A stretch of DNA of 64,000 nt from an uncultured Pseudobdellovibrionaceae bacterium (GTDB lineage Bacteria; Bdellovibrionota; Bdellovibrionia; Bdellovibrionales; UBA1609): the NCBI GenBank assembly GCA_964360255.1, contig CAYHVK010000018.1, forward strand, positions 56 to 64,055, read 5' to 3'. Each line of letters starts with the position of its first letter. Position 1 is the first letter of the stretch. The position numbers and the translations under genes are program-made. A model generated the notes under the pieces. The model saw only the letters and a program-made list of their open reading frames with translations, was not told the origin of the DNA and ran no database searches. This document shows positions 29,169-38,531 of the stretch, one piece after another.

Positions 29169-31132
29169 AACAGCCTGTTTTTTTAAGAGTGTACCTTAAC
29201 GGTAAACTCGAGAATGTGAAACAGTTCACAGAAGAACAAATCGTAATCGGCCGCAATGCTGATTTACAACTGTCTTTGCATGAAGATACAGTTTCTCCTC
29301 TCCACGCGGTTATTGAAGAGCGTGATACTGGTTACTACATTTCAGATTTGGGTTCACAAGCTGGCACTTTCAAAAATGGCCAAAAAGTTTTTGATGATAA
29401 AATTGAGTCCGGTGAAGAGTTCACAATTGGCTCGTATAAAATTGAATTTTTTGTTGGTGTTCCGAAACCTAAAGCTCCACCACCAAAATCAACGCCAACA
29501 GAAACAGTAATACCAGTAGCGCCAGTGGTAGCCGCAGCTCCACCAGTTGAAGATACTGATTCAATGGAAATGCCAGATGAGCCACCGCCGCCAACCAAAG
29601 AAGAGAAAAAGGGTTTTGCCTTTACGCCAGGTCGCTCGACAAAAGAGATTAAGCCTAAAACTGTAAATGTAGGCCCGGTGCCTACATCGAACGAGAGTGT
29701 TCAGAGATTATCAGATACTCTTAAATCATCAAAAGGTTCAATCGTAGAAGTGATTGTGGCCTGGAAAGATCGTGTTCTTACAACGTCACACTTTTCTCAT
29801 GAAGGCGAAGTGACTATTGGTGGCGATAGCTCAACAGATATCCAGATTCCGCTTATTGGCGTACCACGCATTAAACATCCGCTTTTAAAATTAGGCCCGG
29901 GAGTTCGCGTTCGTATTTCAGCTGAAATGTCAGGCGACTATTATAAAGATGGTACTAAGGGTTCAATTGCAGATTTAAAACGCATGAATCGTATGATGCC
30001 AAGCGAAGCTGGTTTTGAATTTGATCTTCTGCAGGGTGAGATGGTTCGGCTTGGTATGCACGGCGATGTTTTAAACATCTACATTCGTTTTATTCCTGAT
30101 GTGCCAAAACCAATTGGTGCACCTTTCTTAGATTTAACGGCCTCTGAAACTGCATCAGTGATCATGTCTGTGTTAGTAGCCGGCTTCTTTGCGCTTTATA
30201 TGTCGCTTTACAGTCCGTCGTCACTTGATGGTAAAGATAATTTACTAGAAGAACCTATTCGTCGTGCGACGGTGACGTTTAATCCTCCGAAGATTGTTCA
30301 AGTGACTGAGACGCCAGAGCCACAAGAGAAAAAAGTTGTCCAAGTTGTAGAGAAGAAAGCACAGCAAGCCCAGACTACGAAAAAAGATCCAGGAAAAGCT
30401 TCCGATATGCGTCCAAGCGAAAGAGTTGCCAAAAAAGGCGAAGTTGCTTCAGCGATCAAGCAAGGCGGAGCCATCAAAACTGGTGCTAAGCCCGCTGCGA
30501 ATATGAAAACTAAAGACATCAATGCAACCGGTCTTCTCGGTGTGTTTGGTGGTCGTGGTACACAAAAAGAATTATCGAAAGCTACATCAGGAGCTGGCGA
30601 ACTTGTCGGTGAAGCTGAATCCGCTACTGGTGCGGCAGGCGGTAACGAAACGCGAGCTGGTGATAGTCTTGGTGGTCGCTTGAAAAATGTGGGTGGCGGT
30701 AAAGGTACATCCACAGTTGGTATCGGCGGAGTCGGCACGCAAGGTCGCGGTACAGGCCCATCGGGTCTCGGCAGTGGCGGTATCGGTAAAAAAGGCAGCG
30801 TTGATATTAATATTGAAGGAAATTTAACAGAGAGCTCCGGCACTATCGATAAAGAAGCGATTCGTCGTGTAATTCGTGAGAACAGAAAATTATTCCAATA
30901 CTGCTACGACCAAGCCCTACGCCGAAATTCAGATGCGTACGGTAAAGTTGAAATTCAGTGGGATATCGAAGACCGTGGCCGTGCCACGAACGCAATTGTG
31001 AAATCAAACAGTACAGGTGACGCCGCTTTTGGACGTTGCATGGCTGATAAGATTAAAGGGTTGATCTTTCCTGAACCGCCTGCAGACCAGGTGGCTCGTG
31101 TGATCTTCCCATTTGTATTTACAGCTCAATAA
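29165..31132 (+). CDS. gltG: GltG/PglI-like protein: FHA, Pro-rich linker, TM, Gly-rich, TonB-C-like domain
   Basis: FHA (IGR..VSPLHA..DLGSQAGT), TM helix, IRRVI..CY..AL..GKV..W.I..C..FPEP..FPFVF C-terminus. Confidence 0.8.
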   Translation: MKQPVFLRVYLNGKLENVKQFTEEQIVIGRNADLQLSLHEDTVSPLHAVIEERDTGYYISDLGSQAGTFKNGQKVFDDKIESGEEFTIGSYKIEFFVGVPKPKAPPPKSTPTETVIPVAPVVAAAPPVEDTDSMEMPDEPPPPTKEEKKGFAFTPGRSTKEIKPKTVNVGPVPTSNESVQRLSDTLKSSKGSIVEVIVAWKDRVLTTSHFSHEGEVTIGGDSSTDIQIPLIGVPRIKHPLLKLGPGVRVRISAEMSGDYYKDGTKGSIADLKRMNRMMPSEAGFEFDLLQGEMVRLGMHGDVLNIYIRFIPDVPKPIGAPFLDLTASETASVIMSVLVAGFFALYMSLYSPSSLDGKDNLLEEPIRRATVTFNPPKIVQVTETPEPQEKKVVQVVEKKAQQAQTTKKDPGKASDMRPSERVAKKGEVASAIKQGGAIKTGAKPAANMKTKDINATGLLGVFGGRGTQKELSKATSGAGELVGEAESATGAAGGNETRAGDSLGGRLKNVGGGKGTSTVGIGGVGTQGRGTGPSGLGSGGIGKKGSVDINIEGNLTESSGTIDKEAIRRVIRENRKLFQYCYDQALRRNSDAYGKVEIQWDIEDRGRATNAIVKSNSTGDAAFGRCMADKIKGLIFPEPPADQVARVIFPFVFTAQ

Positions 31133-31154
31133 TTTCTTAAGGGGGAATTTAACA

Positions 31155-31850
31155 GTGGAACAAACAGCACAAGCCGCAATTAATGTGACGGACAAGTGTG
31201 TAGGTTACGAAGGTAACTTTATATTTCATGCGTTCTGTCAGGGTGGACCAGCAATGTGGTTGATCTTGATCGTAGCGCTATTAACAGTATTTCTAATCGT
31301 GGATCGTTTTTTCAGACTCCACAGTTTGACTGTTGATAAAACAACTTTAAACGAAACACTTTTCAGTATGTTGCTTCGTGGAGAGCTTAAACAAGCTATC
31401 GCTTTCTGCGATCGCAAGCCGACTCCGCTGACAAATACTTTAAAGGCTGGGCTCGTTCAGGTTCTTAACAAAAGAACTGACGAAGAAGTTCAAGTAGCAA
31501 TGGATGCGGCGGTTCTCCGCGAGACTCCACGCCTTGAAGGTTGGACAGCATTCTTAGCAGTATTTGGTAACGTTGGCGTTCTTATCGGTCTCTTGGGTAC
31601 GGTTGCTGGTCTAATCACATCATTCAGTGGTGTTTCTAAAGCTGATCAAAGCATGCGTGCACAAATGCTTTCACAAGGTATTTCTGAAGCCCTGAACTGT
31701 ACGGCTTTCGGTCTTCTTGTGGCGATTGTGGCGATCGTAGCTTACGGATTCTTCCAAATGAGAATTGGTAAGGCGATCAATGATATGCTTGAGAGCAGCA
31801 TGACGCTTATGAATCTCGTTGTAGCTAATCGCGAAAAAATGAAGGACTAA
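31155..31850 (+). CDS. aglR: MotA/TolQ/ExbB proton channel (AglR-like)
   Basis: IGLLGTVAGLITSF, GISEALNCTAFGL; GTG after GGGGG RBS. Confidence 0.85.
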   Translation: MEQTAQAAINVTDKCVGYEGNFIFHAFCQGGPAMWLILIVALLTVFLIVDRFFRLHSLTVDKTTLNETLFSMLLRGELKQAIAFCDRKPTPLTNTLKAGLVQVLNKRTDEEVQVAMDAAVLRETPRLEGWTAFLAVFGNVGVLIGLLGTVAGLITSFSGVSKADQSMRAQMLSQGISEALNCTAFGLLVAIVAIVAYGFFQMRIGKAINDMLESSMTLMNLVVANREKMKD

Positions 31851-31859
31851 GAGTAATTT

Positions 31860-32333
31860 ATGGCTCAAATAGAAGAAAATGGTAGAGGTCGGAATTCAAC
31901 GGTAGATGTGAACATTGTTCCGTTCATCGATTTGATGTCGGTTCTCGTTATTTTCCTTCTTATCACAGCCGTATGGAGCCAAGTCTCGATCATTCAATTG
32001 GGTAGCTCAATTTATGGTAAGAAAAATTCAGAGCAGTCGGCAGAACCCCCTCCGCGCGCTGAAATCCCGTTTCGCATTGATGTGCGACCTGATGGGCATA
32101 AAATTGTGATCGGTCGCCAAGATATCTTGGTGCCAAAACTCAAGGGTGAATACAATTTGGCTCGCTTACTCAATGAACTCAAGACGATCAAAAGCTTATA
32201 TCCTGATAAAGAAGACGCGATCATTACGATGAACGATGAAATTGAATATGTGAATTTAGTTACGGCCATGGATATGACTCTTCAGTCGGGATTCCCGCAA
32301 GTGTCTATCTCAACAGCCGGAGGAGCTCAGTAA
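31860..32333 (+). CDS. aglQ: ExbD/TolR family (AglQ-like)
   Basis: VNIVPFIDLMSVLVIFLL with the conserved Asp. Confidence 0.8.
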   Translation: MAQIEENGRGRNSTVDVNIVPFIDLMSVLVIFLLITAVWSQVSIIQLGSSIYGKKNSEQSAEPPPRAEIPFRIDVRPDGHKIVIGRQDILVPKLKGEYNLARLLNELKTIKSLYPDKEDAIITMNDEIEYVNLVTAMDMTLQSGFPQVSISTAGGAQ

Positions 32334-32935
32334 TGCCTATTCGAGTGCCAGGCAAACGAGATCGACATAACAAAATCGGCGGCAAAAAACGTGGTGTAGT
32401 AGCCATTTTATCGCTGACAGCGATGGTGGATATGTTCACGGTTCTCGTCGTGTTCCTTCTTCAAAACTATGCAACGACAGGGCAAGTGATCGAGATTCCT
32501 GAGGGTGTTGAGTTGCCAAGTGCTGCTCAAGTTAAAGAATTGAAGCCAACCAATGTTGTTATCATTTCAGATAAAGATATCAAGCTGAACAACACATCAG
32601 TAGCGGCCACACCTTCTGTGAAAGAGCAGCAGGATTGGATGGTTGAGACTCTAAAGACTGAAATTGAAAAGCTCATTGCCAAGGGTGAGAATAATAAAGC
32701 AGCGCTGACATCACAAATCCGTGAGGCCGTTGAGCGCATCAAAACTGGTGATAAGGTCACAGAGCCTGAAGTTGATGAGTTTCGTCGTATGACAATTCAA
32801 GCCGATAAAAAACTCGATTTTTTAACATTGAAGAAAATCATGTACACCGTCACTGAAGCCGGAATTATCGAAATTAATTTTGCGGTTTTAAAAGAGTCAC
32901 CTAAAGATCAAGGCGCCGGAGCCGTGACTCAGTAA
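32333..32935 (+). CDS. aglS: ExbD/TolR family (AglS-like)
   Basis: LSLTAMVDMFTVLVVFLL; IQADK...LKKIMYT. Confidence 0.8.
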   Translation: MPIRVPGKRDRHNKIGGKKRGVVAILSLTAMVDMFTVLVVFLLQNYATTGQVIEIPEGVELPSAAQVKELKPTNVVIISDKDIKLNNTSVAATPSVKEQQDWMVETLKTEIEKLIAKGENNKAALTSQIREAVERIKTGDKVTEPEVDEFRRMTIQADKKLDFLTLKKIMYTVTEAGIIEINFAVLKESPKDQGAGAVTQ

Positions 32936-32936
32936 T

Positions 32937-33638
32937 TTATGCAGCGCTTGCGATATGATTATTGCCTCGCACGTATTGCAGAATACGAGCTTTATTTTCC
33001 ATTGATAAACTTACGAATTTTAAGCCGACGAAAGAAGCGTCGGTGACGTATTGCACGGTCGCCTTTGAAGTGATCGCATCGCCTAAAACAGGGCTACGAA
33101 TTTCAAGAGTTACAGTCTGACCGATGGATAAATTTTCAAAAATCTGATCTACACCAGCGCCACCTGGGCTGACCGTTTTAAGCTGAGCAATCATCGTGTG
33201 ACCATCTTCAGTTTTCACTACAGCTTGTCCTGAAATCATGGCTCTTGGATGCTCACGTTTGTTCAATCCAATTTCATCGAGAAGATCGTGGAACTCAAAA
33301 AGATCAGCCCAAGATTTCATTCCTTTTGTCCAAACGAGAATTTCATCTTTTTGCTGAATTGAGCGGATTTCATTGATCAGTTGAGCGCGCGGCATAGGGC
33401 CCTTGCTCTGACCTTGCATAGCATAGTGCCAAAGTTGCTCTTGTTTGCCCGGCTTCTGAGTTTCAGCTTCTGAGTGACTCTGCTTTGACCAAGTCGCAAC
33501 ACTTGACCACTCAGTTTGGCCTCGCGACCAAATTGTGGCGTCAAGTTCTAAAATGCCAGAGCTCAACTGACTTTTAATGTCATCAGTCGTAAATGGTCCT
33601 CGGACCGTTTCATTCTGGCAAATAAACCAATTTGGCAT
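32937..33638 (-). CDS. Tandem GYF_2 (DUF4339) domains plus C-terminal PilZ domain
   Basis: WF...GPF..IWSRGQTEW and WHY...GPM...VWTKGMKSW repeats; REHPR...TVSPGG...GLKF PilZ. Confidence 0.85.
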   Translation of the reverse strand: MPNWFICQNETVRGPFTTDDIKSQLSSGILELDATIWSRGQTEWSSVATWSKQSHSEAETQKPGKQEQLWHYAMQGQSKGPMPRAQLINEIRSIQQKDEILVWTKGMKSWADLFEFHDLLDEIGLNKREHPRAMISGQAVVKTEDGHTMIAQLKTVSPGGAGVDQIFENLSIGQTVTLEIRSPVLGDAITSKATVQYVTDASFVGLKFVSLSMENKARILQYVRGNNHIASAA

Positions 33639-33645
33639 ACTTTAC

Positions 33646-33673
33646 TTTTCGGTGCGTTTCGTTAGAACCTTAA
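33646..33673 (-). promoter_or_regulatory. Sigma28-type promoter for the GYF-PilZ gene
   Basis: Minus strand TTAAGGTT-N12-ACCGAAAA. Confidence 0.5.
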
Positions 33674-33720
33674 GCTAGTTCTTCTGTTCAATAGCAGTCT
33701 CATATTGATACACTCTTCAG

Positions 33721-34713
33721 ATGAGACGCTTCTATAAACGAGCTGGTGCTTTAGTACTCGCCGTTCTTTTTTTAGTCCTGGTTATTGAGATCGTCATTAT
33801 GGCGCCTAAGAATCTCAATGAGAAAAAAGCGACTTCTGTGGCGGATGAACAAACTGATATTTCTAAAGACGAGTCTATCCAGCAGCAGATGGACGGGGTC
33901 CATGTAGTCGAATCTAAGAATGACGAAAAAGAGTGGGAGCTATGGGCTGACCGTGCGACTGGTTTTCGCGCTGATCAAGACCTCACTTTGAATAAAGTAA
34001 AAGCTGTTTTTTTTGGCGATAACGGCGTCGAGATGACCGTTACTGGCTCAAGAGGACGAGTTGAGCCGAAAACAAAAAATATGATGATTGAAGGTGAAGT
34101 TGTCACTCGCTCAAATAACGGCTACGTTTTCAAAACTGAAAGCGTGAGCTACCGTTCAGACACTCGAATTCTAATAAGTCCAAGCGCTATCGAGGTTACG
34201 GGCCCACGCGATCAAAGTGGCCATTCGCTTTTTATTTCAGGCGATAGTATGCATTCTGATTTGGGACAAGGTTTAATGACGATCGACCAAAATGTTAAAG
34301 CTCAAAAATCTGTGCAGAATTCAAAGAAGATGACGATTCAATCCAGTAAAGTTTCATTGAATGCTAAGAGCAAAGCCGTACAATTCAGTGGGGGCGTTTC
34401 AATCAATGTGGACGGCGTTAAAGTAACAGGTCCAGACGCCATTTTTCGCTACGATACGAAGTCAGACTTGCTAAAATCAATTGAATTAGAGGGTGGCGTC
34501 AAAGTCAGTGATATGAATAAGTGGGCTACATCAGATAAATTGAATATTTTTTTAGAAGAAGATAAATATGTATTTAAGGGTAAGCCACGTGTTTACCAAG
34601 ATAATGACGAAGTGATGGGCGATGAAATAGTATTTTTAAACGGTGGAAAAAAAGTCCAAGTTAAAAATGCAAAAGTAAAAGTGAGCCAAGAGAGACTGGA
34701 GAATGCAAATTGA
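33721..34713 (+). CDS. lptC: LPS export protein LptC with appended LptA/OstA-like domain
   Basis: N-terminal [11 protein letters not shown] motif, extended beta-jellyroll; precedes lptB. Confidence 0.8.
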   Translation: MRRFYKRAGALVLAVLFLVLVIEIVIMAPKNLNEKKATSVADEQTDISKDESIQQQMDGVHVVESKNDEKEWELWADRATGFRADQDLTLNKVKAVFFGDNGVEMTVTGSRGRVEPKTKNMMIEGEVVTRSNNGYVFKTESVSYRSDTRILISPSAIEVTGPRDQSGHSLFISGDSMHSDLGQGLMTIDQNVKAQKSVQNSKKMTIQSSKVSLNAKSKAVQFSGGVSINVDGVKVTGPDAIFRYDTKSDLLKSIELEGGVKVSDMNKWATSDKLNIFLEEDKYVFKGKPRVYQDNDEVMGDEIVFLNGGKKVQVKNAKVKVSQERLENAN

Positions 34714-35432
34714 ACCGTTTAGTTATTCGTGAAATATCGAAAAAATTTAAAATGCGTAAAGTTGTTTCAGCGGCTTCTTTTGCTATTGAAAGCGGTCAAG
34801 TCGTAGGTTTGCTTGGCCCTAATGGAGCTGGTAAGACAACGAGCTTTTATATGGTCGTAGGTTTACTTAGTCCTGACTCAGGCGAAATTCTTCTCGATGA
34901 TGCTGATATCTCAAAATTACCAATGTATCAGCGCGCGCGAGTAGGATTAAGTTATCTGCCTCAAGAGGCGAGCATATTCAGACGTCTGACTGTGCGTGAG
35001 AACTTGCTAGTGGCGCTTGAAGCGGCCGATGTGGCGCCTTCTGATATTGAAGAGAAGCTTCAAGGCTTATTAAAAGATTTTAATATTACACATATTGAAA
35101 ATAGTTTTGGTTATGCCCTATCGGGTGGTGAGCGGCGCCGTGTTGAAATCGCTCGTTCACTAGCTGGAGAGCCGAAGTTTTTATTACTCGACGAGCCTTT
35201 TGCCGGTATTGATCCCATCGCTGTTGGGGACATTCAGGACATTATCAAACAACTAAAGTCTAGGGGAATTGGTATTTTGATCACAGATCATAATGTTCGC
35301 GAGACTCTTGGAATTTGTGACTATGCATACATCCTCAAAGATGGCAAAATTGAGGTAGAAGGTTCACCAGAGCAAGTAGCATCAAATCCAACCGCGAAGA
35401 AATTCTACTTGGGCGAAAACTTCAGATTATAA
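34710..35432 (+). CDS. lptB: LPS export ABC ATPase
   Basis: [45 protein letters not shown]. Confidence 0.98.
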   Translation: MNRLVIREISKKFKMRKVVSAASFAIESGQVVGLLGPNGAGKTTSFYMVVGLLSPDSGEILLDDADISKLPMYQRARVGLSYLPQEASIFRRLTVRENLLVALEAADVAPSDIEEKLQGLLKDFNITHIENSFGYALSGGERRRVEIARSLAGEPKFLLLDEPFAGIDPIAVGDIQDIIKQLKSRGIGILITDHNVRETLGICDYAYILKDGKIEVEGSPEQVASNPTAKKFYLGENFRL

Positions 35433-35457
35433 AAGTACCGGAAAGAGGAATTGAAAA

Positions 35458-36972
35458 ATGGCAATGGGCATGAAAATGTCAATGAAGCTTTCGCAGCAAT
35501 TGAGAATGACTCCTCAATTGCAGCAAGCTATTAAGCTCTTGCAACTTTCTCGTATTGAATTAGAAACAGAAGTGCGTAAAGAACTTGATGAGAACCCAGT
35601 TCTTGAAGAGATTCACGAAACTGCTGACGACGATGGAGCTTCAAAAGCACAAATCGCCGATGAAATGAAAACAGCAGAAGCAGCTGTAACACCTGAATCG
35701 AGTGATCCCACGAAGCAAGATGAGTTCGAGTGGGAAAACTATGTTGATAATCTTTATAAGCCGGTGAATCAGCCGACCGATTTCAGCGATGAAATCATGA
35801 ATTACGAAAATGTGATCTCGGCTGTGCAAACGCTCCATGACCACTTGATGTGGCAAGTGAAAATGTTTGGCTTTAATGAAGAAGAAGAAAATCTAGTTTC
35901 AATTTTGATCAGCTACGTAAATGACGACGGTTATATTTCAGCTCCATTTGAAGAGATGGCCCAAGCTGAAGGCGTCGATGCTAAAGAGCTCGAAGAAATG
36001 CTGCCTTTTCTTCATGAGTTTGACCCTCCTGGAGTAGGTGCCCGTAACTTGAAGGAATGTTTGCTTGTACAGGCGAAGCACTTGCAAGAAGACACTCACG
36101 ACTTAACTACAATCATTGAGAACCATCTTTCTGACTTAGAGAAAAAGAATTATCCAGCTATTGCGAAGACCTTGAATTTGGATATCAGTGAAGTCATTGA
36201 AGTGAGCCAGATCATCTTGAGCATGGAGCCTAAACCAGGCCGCCAGTTCATGACGAACGACACTCAGTTTATTACTCCTGATGTTTATGTTTATAAAGTC
36301 GGAGAAGAGTACGTAGTTTCTCTCAATGAAGACGGCCTTCCTCGTTTGCGTATTTCAAACCTCTACCGCAATCTTTTAAAAAATGAATCAGCGGCGAACA
36401 GAGCCGCTACCGTCGGTATGGAAGGTGGGACAAAGCCCACTGAAGCGGCTGCGGCAGATGCTAAAATTTCACAGAAGAACACTCAAGAGTATGTGCAAGA
36501 TAAGCTTCGCTCAGCTATTTGGCTGATCAAATCTATCCACCAACGTCAGCGCACGATTTATAAAGTGGCTGAGAGTATTATAAAGCATCAGCGTGATTTC
36601 TTTGAAAAAGGCCCGGGCTTTATTAAGCCGATGATCTTACGAGATATCGCCAATGATATCGGCATGCACGAATCAACAGTGAGCCGTGTTACGACAAATA
36701 AGTACCTTCATTCTCCACGCGGTATTTTTGAATTAAAATATTTCTTCAATTCAGGAATTTCTAAAACTGACGGTGACTCTGTTGCCAGTGAATCAGTGAA
36801 GTTAAGAATTAAAGACTTAGTTGATAACGAAGATAATAAAAATCCATTATCTGACCAAAAGATTGTAGAGCTACTTAAAAAAGAGGGCATCGATATCGCC
36901 CGCCGCACAGTCGCTAAATACCGCGACGTCTTGCGAATCCTCCCATCATCAAAACGCAAAAAATACTTCTGA
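35458..36972 (+). CDS. rpoN: RNA polymerase sigma-54 factor
   Basis: PQLQQAIKLLQL, HESTVSR, RpoN box ARRTVAKYR. Confidence 0.99.
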   Translation: MAMGMKMSMKLSQQLRMTPQLQQAIKLLQLSRIELETEVRKELDENPVLEEIHETADDDGASKAQIADEMKTAEAAVTPESSDPTKQDEFEWENYVDNLYKPVNQPTDFSDEIMNYENVISAVQTLHDHLMWQVKMFGFNEEEENLVSILISYVNDDGYISAPFEEMAQAEGVDAKELEEMLPFLHEFDPPGVGARNLKECLLVQAKHLQEDTHDLTTIIENHLSDLEKKNYPAIAKTLNLDISEVIEVSQIILSMEPKPGRQFMTNDTQFITPDVYVYKVGEEYVVSLNEDGLPRLRISNLYRNLLKNESAANRAATVGMEGGTKPTEAAAADAKISQKNTQEYVQDKLRSAIWLIKSIHQRQRTIYKVAESIIKHQRDFFEKGPGFIKPMILRDIANDIGMHESTVSRVTTNKYLHSPRGIFELKYFFNSGISKTDGDSVASESVKLRIKDLVDNEDNKNPLSDQKIVELLKKEGIDIARRTVAKYRDVLRILPSSKRKKYF

Positions 36973-37089
36973 CGCGTGAGAAGGCTTGGATCCTTCGTTG
37001 CTCGTCGGTCGCTTCGTTGCGACGTACCTGAAGGTACGCCTCACTTCGCTCCTCCTCGCGCCTCGGCTGCGAGCCTTCTCACGCGTCAG
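36969..37089. repeat. 121-bp GC-rich palindromic (MITE/REP-like) element
   Basis: Perfect 18-bp terminal IR CTGACGCGTGAGAAGGCT; central CGTACC-TGAA-GGTACG hairpin. Confidence 0.75.
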
Positions 37090-37179
37090 GCCTTAGCTGT
37101 CTCAATATTTTAGCCATTCCAAATATCGAAAGCCTGGCGTTTTGCGCCGCTTATGGCCATGTCTCATCTTGAGATTCTC

Positions 37180-37207
37180 TTATGTCTTTGGTCTGGCGAG
37201 CCGATAA
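37180..37207 (+). promoter_or_regulatory. Sigma28-type promoter for hpf
   Basis: TTATGTCT-N12-GCCGATAA, with a perfect -10 box. Confidence 0.55.
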
Positions 37208-37233
37208 ATATATAACCTAAAGGAGCGTTACCT

Positions 37234-37596
37234 ATGAAGTTTCAGTTCAAATTTAAAGGAATCGATCATTCCCAATCTCTCTGTGATCACGTCATGGAAA
37301 AGTTCGAAAAATTGGGAAAATTTGAAATGAAGCCCACGCAAATCAATATCACGTTCAGCGCTGTTAAACATGAGCGCAAAGCCGATGTTTATGTGAAGGG
37401 TCTCAATAAGAGTTTTAGAGCCAGTGCTCAGGCCGAGTCGTATTACGACGCCCTAGATATGGTCGCTAAAAAGATCGAAAAACAAATGCATAAAGAGAAA
37501 GCTAAAGTTCAGCATCACAAGAGCTTTGAGCTCTCTCATGAGGCTCGCCTCGATGAAGCCATCGAGCAAGAGAAGACGAGCGATAAAGCTGCTTAA
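37234..37596 (+). CDS. hpf: Ribosome hibernation promoting factor (HPF/RaiA)
   Basis: Follows rpoN; S30Ae pattern YDALDMVAKKIEKQMHKEKAK; AAGGAG RBS. Confidence 0.88.
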   Translation: MKFQFKFKGIDHSQSLCDHVMEKFEKLGKFEMKPTQINITFSAVKHERKADVYVKGLNKSFRASAQAESYYDALDMVAKKIEKQMHKEKAKVQHHKSFELSHEARLDEAIEQEKTSDKAA

Positions 37597-37607
37597 CGCC
37601 CACCAAG

Positions 37608-37637
37608 TTCCGAGCTCTCTGTCATGGGGGCTCGGAA
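37608..37637. terminator. Hairpin after hpf
   Basis: TTCCGAGCTCTC...GGGGGCTCGGAA stem (G-U pairs) between convergent genes. Confidence 0.6.
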
Positions 37638-37697
37638 TCAAAATGACCAGATCTATTGTGAATTTCTAATTATGTGCTGGTGATGTGGCTAGGGGTT

Positions 37698-38180
37698 TTA
37701 TTCAAACTTCTGTTTGAGCTTGTCTGAGTAAAATAATAGCGCACGGGAGTATGTTTTAATGTTCTTGTCGTCAGACGTGCGAACTAACTCTTTCAGAAGA
37801 AGCTCTACTGCGGCGGAATAGTTTTGAAGGTTGTACTGGGCCAACGCGAAAAAAACCTTCAACGCCCCGTTTTCCGGGAACAGAGAGATCGCCTTCTTAA
37901 GCACTCGTTCGGAGTTCTTATAATCACCGAGACAGCGATAAGTACTTCCAAGCCCAAGGTAAGCGCCTTCTAGATCTTCTCCTGTCAGTCCAAGAGCGAT
38001 AGCCGTCTCGTAAGCTGGAGCTGCATCAAATTCTTTTCCAAGAGCGTCGTGAGTCCATGCAATTTGATAATGAACTACGCCGTCATTCGGTCTTTGACTA
38101 AGTTCTGCCGTAAGAATTTGCATTGCGTCTTCAAACGATCCGCGTTTGCGAGCTTCTGTAACAGCATCTAGCCAATTCAT
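37698..38180 (-). CDS. TPR protein
   Basis: YQIAWTHDALGKE..A...YETAIALGL...AYLGLGSTYRCLG. Confidence 0.85.
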   Translation of the reverse strand: MNWLDAVTEARKRGSFEDAMQILTAELSQRPNDGVVHYQIAWTHDALGKEFDAAPAYETAIALGLTGEDLEGAYLGLGSTYRCLGDYKNSERVLKKAISLFPENGALKVFFALAQYNLQNYSAAVELLLKELVRTSDDKNIKTYSRALLFYSDKLKQKFE

Positions 38181-38298
38181 TGCCTTAACCTCAGTAAAGT
38201 CTTAATGCTCGCAACGACAGCGGTCACCAAAGTAATCCTTCTTATCTCTCACGGGTCGTATTCTATATACCTCTCTAACCAAAAGCGCCTCAACATCA

Positions 38299-38400
38299 CA
38301 AGCCACCGAATTCAGCAAAATAGCCGCTTTGTTGCATTTATTTAGTTTTAATATCAAACATATTGCTTAGGGCGGCTATTTTGCTGAATTCGGTGGCTTG
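38299..38400. repeat. 102-bp element with perfect 29-bp inverted repeats
   Basis: CAAGCCACCGAATTCAGCAAAATAGCCGC (38299-38327) and its reverse complement (38372-38400), with an AT-rich 44-bp spacer. Confidence 0.9.
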
Positions 38401-38460
38401 AGTAAGGGGCAGGGATTGATTGTTCAGCCCACATTCATGCGCTACTAAACACACAAGATC

Positions 38461-38531
38461 CAATGCGATGCAAAAAAGTCCGTCGCCACACCTAAAGCCC
38501 CCATAAGCATTGACCTTTTTGCATCGCATTG
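38461..38531. repeat. 20-bp inverted repeat (1 mismatch) overlapping the putative metK promoter
   Basis: CAATGCGATGCAAAAAAGTC / GACCTTTTTGCATCGCATTG; TTGACC-N17-TATTTC at 38510-38538. Confidence 0.8.

Noticed and set aside
30298-30843. 181-aa Pro-rich antisense ORF (and the many other short antisense ORFs in the track)
   Set aside because: Mirror of the Gly-rich coding region of gltG; the others lie within well-supported genes and have no independent signals.
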